A stretch of DNA of 64,000 bases from Lama guanicoe. Taxonomy: Eukaryota. Of the stretch, positions 13,590 through 24,720 are shown piece by piece. Location of the stretch: assembly GCA_013239625.1 (NCBI GenBank), contig MU056000.1, positions 15,094,851-15,158,850 of the forward strand, in the 5' to 3' direction. Below the pieces are notes generated by a model, which saw only the letters and a list, made by a program, of their open reading frames with translations, was not told the origin of the DNA and made no database searches. How positions within the stretch are numbered: the stretch's first letter is position 1; each line of letters starts with the position of its first letter. Made by a program: the position numbers and the translations under genes.

Positions 13590-14240
13590 CTGGAGAGGAG
13601 TTAACACTTGGAAACAGAGAACACAGGGTAAAGGATGACTTTCTCATCCGTTTTGCTTTTAGCCTGAGACTACTCCAGATTACATCTGACAGGGAGGCAA
13701 AAGCATCAATAGAAAATCAGCCTCATTTTTTTGAACAACCAGAAGACAGAGTTCAGGGCAATCACAACTATCGGAGTCTAAAAGTGAAAATGTCAGAAAG
13801 GACAGAGCTAGGGAGGGGAAGCCCCAAATTCTATGTATAAATGTTGCCCAAATGTCTGGCTAAACCCTGAACCAGACAAACATGGGACTGACTTCTAAAA
13901 GGCCAGCTAAAACTCAAAGAATGCGATGTAAATTTTAGCTGCCTCCCGTGACAGGGAAGAAAGAGTTTCATAATTGAATTGACTGTCAAGCTAATTGCCT
14001 GCTAAAATAAAACAAAGTATTAGCACTCTTAGGAAGACCATAACAGAACCCAATTTCTTCTACATAGTAACATTCAAAATGTCCAGGATGCAATTCAATA
14101 TTATAAAATATATTAAGAAGGAGGAAAACATAACCAATTCTCAAAAGAAAAAATGATCAGAAGAGTCAAAAATCTAGATGACTTTAAAATCTAGATATTG
14201 ACATTAGAAGAAACAGATTTCAAAACAACTATTTTTAACT
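13590..14240 (+). mobile_element. Old L1 (L1M/L1MC/L1ME) 5' UTR to ORF1-start fragment
   Basis: ccccaaattctatgtataaa...ctaattgcctgctaaaataaaac...taacattcaaaatgtccaggatgcaattc...gaaacagatttcaaaacaactatt, typical of old L1 5' ends. Confidence 0.8.
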
Positions 14241-15214
14241 ACTCATCTTACAAAATTCTTTCTCTTCTTTCAAAGTCAAATTTTGAGGCTGAGGAGAAGA
14301 TTCAGAGAAAGGAACCCTTCCTAATCATATTTAGGGGAAGGACAAAAACTACCTAATTTTGTTGGTCAGATCCTCCAGTTGGCTTATAATAAGCCTTAAG
14401 ACTCACTCACTGATACCGCAAACAGCAATAGGAAGATTTCAAGATTTCATTTTGCAGCATGATGTTTTACATTCAGCTTCTGTAAGCTCCAAAAACCTTA
14501 CACTTGAAGAAAAGAAATATTTTCTCCAGGGTCTTGTAAAGATGTGTGCAACTGGATCGTGTAATGACAAGTGTTTGTTAAGTGGGACATTTTTCTCTGG
14601 CCATTTTTCATCTCCAAAGCACTTAGCAAAATTTGTTTATTTTTTTCTTGTATGTACTCATGCATTTTACCTCTCAGCACAACACCCTGTGGAAAACTCG
14701 TCTTTTGGTGACCTACCAGTTTTCTATATTTAACAGGAGTTTTATGTCCTCTAAGTGAGATGTTCAGGCATTTTAATTTTCTTAAACATGATTAGGTCAC
14801 CTAGTATATATTTAATAAATGGAAGCCTTTTTTTTGTAGCATCATCTACAAGTTTTAAATTTAATCTCTAAAGGTTCTTAGCACCAGCGTCTGTCTGCGA
14901 AGGAATCAGTTTGTTGGGAAGATGCAGGATTTTCTTTATCCTGTGGAAGATGGGACTCCGCATGGAGCCGACCATAGATGGACCATTGTCAGGACAGATG
15001 TCAACAGTTCCTTCAAGAAAGACCCTTTGTTTTCAGATATGAATAAAACATTAAGTATATCTTAGCCTTTGCTGTTGGGAACAGCTCTTTGTAGCAAGAA
15101 AAAACATATCTTCAAATTTTATCATCATTTAAAAATATTTCAAAAGCTACAGCTTGACATATTTCAGTAAATCTATTGACTTCTCAACTGGGTAGAATTT
15201 TGTTTTGATTTGGG

Positions 15215-15221
15215 GTGTGTG

Positions 15222-15245
<24 letters not shown>
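15215..15245. repeat. (TG)n microsatellite
   Basis: Direct reading. Confidence 0.95.
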
Positions 15246-15252
<7 letters not shown>

Positions 15253-16012
15253 AACGTTGCTGTAGGATGTGACATGTTATCAATATATCAACACATACTA
15301 TTTGAGAGTGAAATAGTTTCACTTCTCTCATACTGCATCTTTTGTTAGAACTTTATTCACTAAATATGCTGGAATTACTAGGTTCTCACAATCTGACTTT
15401 CCTTCCTTTGACAATACTTCTGTTTTGTTACTAAATGATTTATTCCTAAGCATTTGCAATAAGTATAACTTTGTAAACAAAGGCTCTAGTCTGTACATTT
15501 TGAGACCCTAATAACTCCTTTATTTTTCAAATGGTTATGGTATATAGTTTTGTGGATTTTTTTAATTTTACTGTAACCATTGATACATTTACAAGTTGTC
15601 TCTTCGCCACCTCCCCCCACAGATGACTTCCAGTGGAATTAAATAACTTGGACTGCCTATGTAAAATGCATTGATAAGAAGTTTTCATAGGAAAGACTAA
15701 TTTTCTGGGTATCCGTTGTTCATGAGGGCAGTGATATGACTTGTAAGACTTTAATTCTTCATTACTAAGCACTTCAGAGTAGTTTGTGGGCCTATACACA
15801 GAATCCTCCTGTTCCATCTAACACTTGATCTTAAAAAAGACAAAATTGTACTTACAATACAAATGAAAATACAAACAGAATATAAAAAAACAGCACAATA
15901 AATAACACAATTAAAAAAACAAAATATGAAATCTTTCTAATACAATCCACTTTCTATATGATTCATTGACTTGCAGGATTTAAAATTACAGCAAACCAGT
16001 GGGAGAGAACTG

Positions 16013-16356
16013 TGTTGACCTGAAACAAATAGACTGATAAAGATTTCTCCAGTAAACATGCGCTTACTTGAGATCAGGAGAGAATTGCAGTTTGAGGTCT
16101 TCAACCATGGTGAGCCATGTGCAAGTCTCCACAGGCACAGGAAGGAGAACATTTTTATAGAGGGAAAGGAAAGTTAGGAAGGAAGAGACTAAGGTAAACA
16201 AAGAGTACACGGCTTCTCATTGGCTGAGTCCTTTGCTGGGAAAGGAGAGTCTTTCTTCTTCCTGCTGGGCACTATTATTGTCTCAGAGTGTAAGAGCTCC
16301 CTCTTCCAGTCCCCCAACTTTATTCAACTGAGTTTTCTGTTTATTAATTTTTTACT
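16013..16356 (-). mobile_element. ERV1-class solo LTR (same family as 60065-60460)
   Basis: Reverse complement aligns by eye along its length with the 60 kb LTR (aaaattaataa...actcagccaatgaga...tctttgtttacc...tgcaattctct...ctggagaaat...atttgttt..g.t.aca); contains CCAAT and TATAAAAA. Confidence 0.8.
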
Positions 16357-17219
16357 TGTGGTAGTTGAGAGAGCAGCCAAGTTACAGAGCCTACATTTTT
16401 TTCCTCCAATTTTCTGTTTCACTAATAAATGTCCTTTGCCCTTGTAAGTTAGTGGGCAGGGTATAGGGAAGTTTGGAGAGAGAATCTGAGAGGCAAGAAG
16501 CCCTTTACATCAGCTTTCACTCCCCCCTGTAGGCAACACAACCTTCAGAAACTCATAATATATTCAAACAAAGCAACATAGTCTTACTGTACATTGCCCA
16601 AGGGGACGGAATACCTATAACAAGATTGTAACGTGCTTGCTTGGTATCTCATTATTATTCATCTTTTCTAATTTAGTGCAGCTATTCCATCTGTGCTGTT
16701 GGGTTTCTGCTCTCTTCCCACAGCTTCAAAATCTTGTTTGTTCTAAATGGCTTATCAAAATGCGTTCAACAAACAGAGCGCCTTTCCTAAGAATTCAAAG
16801 GATAGTTGCTAGAGTGATAAAACATGCACCCCCTTACGTTACACAAACCACATTTACTTCTCTGTAAAAGGAAGGGGGCCGGTCAGGGCATGTAAGACTC
16901 TCAGATGTCAACATGAGGGGCAGGTTTTGCTACTGAAAAGCCAAAATGTGAATGAATCTTCTTGAAATTAAGGCATGGGCCAAATGTGTCGAGTTCTTCT
17001 TGTTTTCATAGAACCAAATCAAGCATTTCTTCTACAAAATAAGACAATAGAAATCGAGGTTGAAAGTAAACCAATGTTTATATGAATACATCACTGGAAT
17101 TAATATTTCGAATGATGGAAATCAGCATATACAGGCACGTTAATATGTAATGCAAACCACAGACAGCTAATATGTCATATGTTTTATATATATGTAAATA
17201 TAATGTGCATGCATATAAA

Positions 17220-17452
17220 TAGCTAAAACATATAATATGTTCTATGTGCATAATGCTATTCCATTCAATCTGCTTATTTAATACTCACAATAATCCTCTG
17301 AGGTATGTGATATCACTATACTATTTTACTGAGGGAAAACTGAGGCCCATAGGATACTTTTCCAAGATCACAAAGGTAATAAATGATAAGGAAAGGATTT
17401 CAACCCAGGTACTCTGGCCTGAAAGCTATTGAGTTTAACCTCTGCACAGCAT
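17220..17452 (-). mobile_element. MIR SINE
   Basis: atttaatactcacaataatcctctgaggta...gggaaaactgaggccc...ccaagatcaca...ggatttcaacccagg. Confidence 0.9.
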
Positions 17453-17993
17453 GGCAAATTTGATAGCCAGATATTGTTTGTATTTTACCACAGATGTCAA
17501 GAATCCAAACAAAGAAGATATGTAATCAATAATAGATATGCATATTGTCAAATATAATCTATTTTTAGATTTTTCTCAATCTGACTATTAAGCATTCATG
17601 CACTTTTATGCTATTACTTTAATCTTATTTTTTACTTATTATATTAATTCATTTTAATTGGAGATGCAGATTTTTCACATTTTCCTTTTTTAAGTATGGA
17701 CTCCATGATTCTATCACCACCTAGACACACCCACATACTATTTGTAATCACAGAGTATTCTGACCTTGGTGAAATAGACCTGCACAAAATATTTAGTCAC
17801 AAATGACCATCTTTATGATGTCAAGAGAATCCTAGGTGAATTTTCTAATCATGAGTAACCATACACAGCCTAATGTAAATGTTTGTTGTGCAGTTATCTC
17901 CAATTTTAATCCACTTGGTATCACAGCCCTTTTTTGCTGGCCTTTAAAAATATCTTGTTTTCAGTTAAATTTTTTTTTAAGAATATCATTTTT

Positions 17994-18148
17994 AAATATT
18001 TTATTTATTTTGTTTGTGGGGATTTTTTTGAGGGGGAGATAATTAGGTTTATTCATTTATTTGTATTTGGAGGAGGTACTGGGGATTGAACACAGGACCT
18101 CGTGTTTGCTAAGCATATGCTTTAACCACTAAGCTATACCCTCCCTCA
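17994..18148 (-). mobile_element. Vic-1-type tRNA-derived SINE (camelid-specific)
   Basis: Minus strand reads gagggagggtatagcttagtggttaaagcatatgcttagcaaacacgaggtcctgtgttcaatccccagtacctcc...aataaacctaattatctcccc plus an A-rich tail; A and B boxes present; imperfect 15-bp TSD aagaatatcattttt (17979-17993) / aataatattattttt (18149-18163). Confidence 0.9.
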
Positions 18149-20739
18149 AATAATATTATTTTTTAATGGAAATCAAATCTCTATTTATGGTAAACTGGAA
18201 AATATTGTAGGATATAACATATTGAAATATGTCTGTGCTCTTTGCGGAAAGGACAACGTAACAAAAACAGTGATTTTAAATAACAAGTTTAATTGCAAAC
18301 TGAACTTATCTATTTAAAATGGCTTTATTTTAGTATGCAAAATTTTACTAACATTGTCACATATACATTTTAAAAGCAGATAAAACAAAATTGTTCACGA
18401 GATGGTATTTTCCTCTTATAATTGTAAATTTACTGTGTAGAAAGAGAGTAGGGAGGTCAAACATCATTTAAAACACAGAAGTTTTTAAAAATACATTTAT
18501 TATATATATATATTTTAAGGCAATATATGTAAACTGCTTTGTCTTGCAGATATAAGCACAAGCTAAAATTTTAAAATTTGTAGCAAAAAAAGAAACGAAT
18601 GACATCACATTAAAATAACTTAATAAACATGAATATTTATTCCAGACTGTGGCCATAATTAGTACTTTGATTATATATCACACCCTCAGAGTAATTGCTA
18701 TTTCAGGAGTCTATATTTTGAGTCTGAGACATGGTAATAAGTTACTAGGACAATCTGAAATGTGGCTTAATGTTCAAATCATTCAGGAAGCACTGCTGAA
18801 ACAATTCACAAATAGGGAAACGGTGTGTGGTTCTACCAAATGATTCAGTGTTTCTTTAAGCCTAGAGAAGTTAAAATTTCAAAATTAACACTTTGTAGAT
18901 GATTATCACTGAAAAACTATGTTATGCAATCCACTTATATAATAGGTCAAAAGTAAGAGAAATCCAACACAACAAGCAAAGCCCAAAGTGTTTTGTGTCT
19001 CATTTCCTACCCCATTAAAAATGATTTGAGCTGGAGCCAGTAGCTCGACATGGAGCAGAGTTGAGACTGTTGAATCAATTTTAGAGGTTATTGGCAATAT
19101 AAGCAGAAGTATCAGTTTTAGAGGATTGATGTTCTAAGTATCTCTGAAAGACCCAGCGTGTTTGTCTTGGGCCTGAGAAATAGTTGGAAAGTTTTATTTA
19201 ACCTGTTTTCTCTTACAGCAATGCTTAAGAAAGTAGGGATGAGAGTTGAGTCAAATCCCATCCTTTCCTCCATAGCAACACATAACCACAACTTCACTAA
19301 TAATCAAAGGCATATTCATTGAATAGAACATAATTAAAAAGATGTAGAATTTTTGTTTTACTGATATATTATTCAATCTATAAGGTGGACATTGAGGAAT
19401 GGTTTCAATATTCCGACCATGGTACCCAAAATAATTTGACTAATATTTTTGACACAAAATAAAGAATATACAAATGGGACCAGTACGGAATTTCTAAATG
19501 AGGACAAATCTAATAAACAAGCAAAGCAAACATTATTACATGTGTTCAGATGAATTTCTATTGCTTATTATGAAAATCTTTTTTACTGTCATCAGAGCTA
19601 CTAGAGATAGGCTTATCAAACATGAATGATGATTAAGCCTTGATTTTCCAAATCTATGAAGTTCAGTATACCAAAGAAATGCAATAGCTTCAACTCTGAT
19701 TTTGGAATATTAAATATTGTCTTCTTAAAATTTCTAGCAAAACTTTCAACAGCATCCATTAATACATTATATTGGACAATTTAGTCTCTGAATTAATCAG
19801 AGTCTAAAGACTAAATTAAAATCACTGAGAATGTATGCATCCTTGTTTACTTATATAAAATTTTTTAAAAATGATACTGGTCAGCAAAATTAGAATTAGA
19901 AGGTGAATATGGTAACCTTAATTCTAATATTGCCTTTTAAAAATACAACTTTACAAATAAATAAAGTTTTTTTTTTGAAAACACATAGAACATTTTTTCC
20001 AGTTCAAAAATAAACCATTTAATGATGATCTACTATTTAACAAGTATATCTTCTAGAAACAAAATCACACAAATAATGTATAACCAGGCATTACTTTTTT
20101 TTTCTTTTTTTTTTTTTTTTGGTTTGGGAGTTAGCTTTGTGAAAGAGCAAACAGGCAAACAACAAGAAGGAAAACAATGCAGAGGCATTCCAGATATAAT
20201 ATAAAAATTTGCAGATACAGAATTAGGGCAAAAGGAAGAGTGTTTAGAAACTCAGGTAAGGGTTGACTAAAGAGGTGATACCTGTGATGTGGACGTTGTG
20301 ATGTTAGTGTGCTTGTTTGACAATAAAAAAAGAACTCTCCAGGAATGTCCACAGGCAGAGAAAAAATGCGTGTACAGACATGACAGTTAGAATCTATTTG
20401 GAAAAGTGAGGTTGTGGAAATCATAAATGATGGGAAAAAAAGCCCGCATACAATATTCAGAAACTTATGTCACTTTTGGAAGTATTGAATAATACTAAAC
20501 AAAGAAGTATGAGTTGAATAGATAATACATTTTGCAGGGGATTAGTTTTGGAGCCAGTTGGCCTGCAAAAGTAAGATCGAAATACAGTAAAACATTTTAT
20601 TGAGGTCTATTGTTAAGTCTCTGTTAAAGATTACACTAAAACCTGTCTTAAGACAAGATAGATGTGAAAAAAATATGAAGCTATATGAAATATATTAGAG
20701 AAATAAAATTAAAAAAAAACTCATTCTCAAAACCATTCA

Positions 20740-21486
20740 AACTCAACATCCATTATGTCTCATCATTTCTATCTCTAAAATATAATTTGCCTCTATACAA
20801 AATCTTTGCATTGTCTACAATTTTAGTACAAGCAGCAATCATCTCTTACCTGGAATCCTGCCCCAGATACTTCATTATAGTCCCTCTGACCTCTTCTGAA
20901 CCTCTCTCTTTACAAAACACAATGGGTTTTGTAAAATGTTGTACAAAACTTTGTCCAAAACACAAGTGTGATCATTGATGCAATTGGAAGTGGTATTGTG
21001 CACCAGTGAAGACCAGTGAAGACCAATTTCCTTAATGTGGTCATGACAGCTCTTCATGGTCTGTCTCCTTCCTATCCCCTCAAGCCATCTGCAGGATTGC
21101 TTACTCCTTTCCAGCCATGCTAGTATCCCTTCTCTTTTTCATGGGGTCTTTGCTCTTTCCCTGGAAGGCCAAACTGTCCCTTCTGGTTGAGCTGAATGTT
21201 ATTTGTTATTCAGTTATCAGCAGAAGCATGGCTCCTTTGAGGAATGGTTACTGATGTCCCTAAGGAAATTAAATGCCTCTGTTTCACATTCACATAGGAT
21301 TAATTCTTTTCCTTTGTAACACCTCTCAGCTCCAAAATTTTACATGCATTTATGATTATTTGATTGATAATTTACTCTTTCATTAGAATGAAATGACATG
21401 GAAGAGGGAACTGTTATGATTTTGTTGACCAGACTCTACCCTTCCTTGACATATAATAGGCATGTATTAATTATTTTTGAATCAAT
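20740..21486 (+). mobile_element. L2 LINE 3' part
   Basis: caatcatctcttacctggaatcctgc...ttactccttccagccatgc...cattagaatgaaatgacatggaagaggga...ttgacatataataggc...ttgaatcaat. Confidence 0.75.
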
Positions 21487-21489
21487 CCT

Positions 21490-21790
21490 CTAAGGCTTTA
21501 TTGTAGAAGTTCAGATTAGTAGACTAAAATCATTCCTTTTTTAATAAAAATGAAGAGTGGCTGAAAGTTTTTCAGCAGGGGAGTTTAAGTAATGGAAGAT
21601 GCATCGTAAGACAAATCTGAAATCAATACGGAAGATGGATTAGGTAGAAGAGACAGAAGATCCAGAGAGCAGGAAGGACAGTGAGTGAAGGCAGGCTAAA
21701 CTAGGAAGCTGCCAGTTGGGAGGAAAACATGGAGACCCAGGAAAAAAATAGACTGTAAAGGTAAACAAGGACAATTTTAATTAAAATGAA
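21490..21790 (-). mobile_element. L2 fragment, opposite orientation
   Basis: tgaaagtttttcagcaggggag...gaagatggattagg...aggctaaactagg. Confidence 0.6.
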
Positions 21791-22302
21791 AGGCACAGAT
21801 AAAAACAGCCATGAAAAAAAGAAAATGTTTTAAATATTATGAATAAAATCAACGAATACTATTAACTTTCTATAGTATATTTTAAATTTTAGATAAACAA
21901 TACTACTAAATAAACAACTTATCAAAAGGGAATCAAGAAGAAATTAAACTTTATTCATTTAATAATCATTTACTATTTTAGTAGTTAAATATCTTCTTAT
22001 AAAGAAATGCCTGGGAATGTCCTTGGCTGAGGGTCCCTACATGAAAAGGGCTCAGAATGGAGTTGTTTGGGCTAAGAGTGCAGATCTCTGAAAGTATGGA
22101 CAGCTTTAACCTGGGCATGAAAGCCCCAGGGTCTGGCCCCTTCTTTTCTGCCACAGTGGATATAAGCCTGAGTTTTTTGTTTTTTGTTTTAATCTTTCTG
22201 TTTTTGTTTTTTTTTTTTAATGTAAGTTTTATGTTAAGAGACAGGTTGTGCATTCTCTGATTTATGCCTCGTCCCCCACCCAGCAGCCGCCTCTTGTTCA
22301 TA

Positions 22303-22665
22303 TTACTTGCCTGGATATTGAAGGCATTCAAAATTATAACCACTTCCTCCAAATGACAATGTTCTAAACTTTTCTTTATCCAGTGTTGGTCTCCAACTTT
22401 GAAATATTGGAAAAGTCACTACATAAATATTTATAGCAGTAGTGTTTTCGAATATCTTTGTTGTACATTTGGAACAATTTAACATACCAAATGAATAACA
22501 GAGATTTCTCCATGTCTGCATATTCAGTGTCAGATTAAAGTGCCAGAAGCAATTTTTGGTTGTTTCAGTTACCGGGACCAATATTTCTAGTAGCCTTTCA
22601 CTCACAAAGCCATCAGAATTGACTTCGTATAACTTGACCAACTGTATTTTAATTTTCTGAGATTT
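22303..22665 (-). mobile_element. Possible hAT (Tip100/ZMYM1-like) transposase fossil
   Basis: Open frame QLVKLYEVNSDGFVSERLLEILVPVTETT...LNMQTWRNLCYS...KIFENTTAINIYV loosely follows the hAT pattern QLS..RYV..DG.V.ERFL.F..V..TT...LD...RGQ.YD...AIYVHC. Confidence 0.3.
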
Positions 22666-23245
22666 TCTTTTGCACTATATTTGATATTTCAGATATTACA
22701 TGTTATTTATCTGAGGTAAGCCATTTTTATTTTAAAGAAATAGACTAATTTTGAGTAACTAATTAGAATTAGAAGCTAAAAGTTTAATAACATTAAACAG
22801 GACAAAAAAATCATTCAATTATCATTAGCTATTATTACAAAAAAAATTGGGTATTTTATAGCATGTGAATACATAATATATTTTACAGAATATGGGTACA
22901 TTGCTACATAGAAAGACAGATGGATGTATTTCTGTGATTGAAATGAGTTCTTCACTTTGAAATGAATTCTCTGGACAAGTTCCATAGAGAATAATAGTAT
23001 TATATTGTTCAGGTAATCCTAAAGTGGCATTTTAAAATTAACTCATCTATTTAGTTCATTGCTCTAAGCAAACCTATATTTTGAGAAAAATTATATTAAA
23101 AGTCATAACCAATTATCTCCCACTTGCTATTTAGCTCCAATATGATCTCTCATTTGGTAGCTCAGATTGAATTGATATTTGTCTGGATATTATATATTCA
23201 TAATTTGCATGTTCTCTCACAGATTCCATTAAAACAATTTTTATC

Positions 23246-23516
23246 AACTCACAGATAAAGAAAACAAACTAGTGGTTACCAGTGAGGAGAGGGAATGGGG
23301 GAGGGGAGAAAAGGGTAGGAGACTGAGAGGTACAAACTACTATGTATAAAACAAGTAAGCTACAAGGATATGTTGTCCAGCACAGGGAATATAGCCAACA
23401 CTTTGCAATAACTATAAATGTTGTATAACCTTTAAAAATTGTGAATCACTATATTGTATACCCGAAACTTGTAAGATATTGTACATAAACTAAACATCAA
23501 TTATAAAAAAAAAAAG
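23246..23516 (+). mobile_element. L1 3' end with poly(A) (laurasiatherian/artiodactyl type)
   Basis: aactcacagataaagaaaacaaactagtggttacc...gtacaaactactatgtataaaa...cagcacagggaatatagccaa...ataaaaaaaaaaa. Confidence 0.9.
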
Positions 23517-23869
23517 GATTTAGCAAGTATCTTTCTTCAGAAAAAAAGCTGGGTGGCTGATTTCTGTTGGACCACAGAAGCACCACTTGCTTGGTCCACA
23601 GCAGCTCTGTCAGCAGAAATAAGGGTAGAAAGACTGTATTTGCATGATGCAATCCATGGAACAAGAGGTTGGTTAGAACTAGAATGAGCTCTGTCCATCA
23701 TGGCTGGCTGAAAGGGTCGGGAGGAATGACAAGAAATAAATAAAGGGAAAAGTCCCTCAATTTTGACTAAATCAAAATTTGAAAACAATATATCTCACAC
23801 CAAAGTACGTGGAAAGTGTGACAGCTTGAATTAGCAGCCCAGATTTTTCAACTTGCATCAGTGTCTTTC

Positions 23870-24330
23870 CATGTGAGACGTCTCAGTTCCTCCCAGTCTG
23901 CTAATGAAGCAGTAAAGGTGGACTTCAGTTTCCTACCACTCACATCTGGGCCCAGCATGTCTTGCTTTGGCTGATGGGATATTCGCATTGGCCACAGGCA
24001 ACAAAGGCATGGAATGTACTCGTGTGGTTGGTCTTTAGCTCTTCCCCTTCTGCTATTACTGTGAAAGGCACCTACCCCACTAGCCTACCTGTTCAATGAG
24101 GATGAGAGACATGGAGAGCCGACCAAGCCTCTCACGTGCTGAGCCAGGAGCCAGAAGTGTGGGACCTCATTTTATCCCGGCAGCAAGTGCCCGCTTTGAG
24201 AGATGCACCTGATGAAGCGTCTATTCACCAATGCAGCAGGAGATCCTGGAGTCATCTAGCACCCAGAAGGAAGCCAGTGGATTTGAGGGGTGGTTCATTG
24301 TGCAGACTTATTGTGACAATGACTAATACA
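23870..24330 (+). mobile_element. MaLR LTR (MLT1I/J-like)
   Basis: atgtcttgctttggctgatggg...gaggatgagagacatggag...ends gactaataca, the MLT1 terminus. Confidence 0.75.
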
Positions 24331-24544
24331 TTAAGTAATAGAGGGTTCATTTTGTTTTCCTCTTCACATATACACAAAAACATTGACAGACAAAAGTAAT
24401 TTTAATAAACAATATTCAGAAAACTAGAGTCAGATTCTAAAGAAAAGGAGAAAAATACAGTAGTACTTTATGTGATGGATGGAAGAGGCTTGAGTTAATG
24501 AAAGGAAATGGAAGAAGAGGAAGTAAGCAAATAGGAAAGGAATA

Positions 24545-24720
24545 AAAGAATTTTAGAGATGAAGGAATCTTATGGGGAGCTCATTTCAACTATTTAATTC
24601 CTCACAGAAGGAAACTGATATCAAGAGTTATTTGTTCTAAATCATTGCTGTTTAATGTCATACCTGAGCCTGTTATAAATATTACCTGTCTTTTATCCAT
24701 GAGATTATTTTAATATATTA
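24545..24720 (-). mobile_element. MIR3/MIRc-like fragment
   Basis: aattttagagatgaaggaatctta...acagaaggaaactga. Confidence 0.5.

Noticed and set aside
16519..16536. CTCF-like site (gcctacaggggggagtg on minus)
   Set aside because: Mismatch at a core position; not supportable without ChIP data or PWM scoring
18065..18147. tRNA gene
   Set aside because: The tRNA-like A and B boxes are the head of a SINE that has a body, tail and TSD
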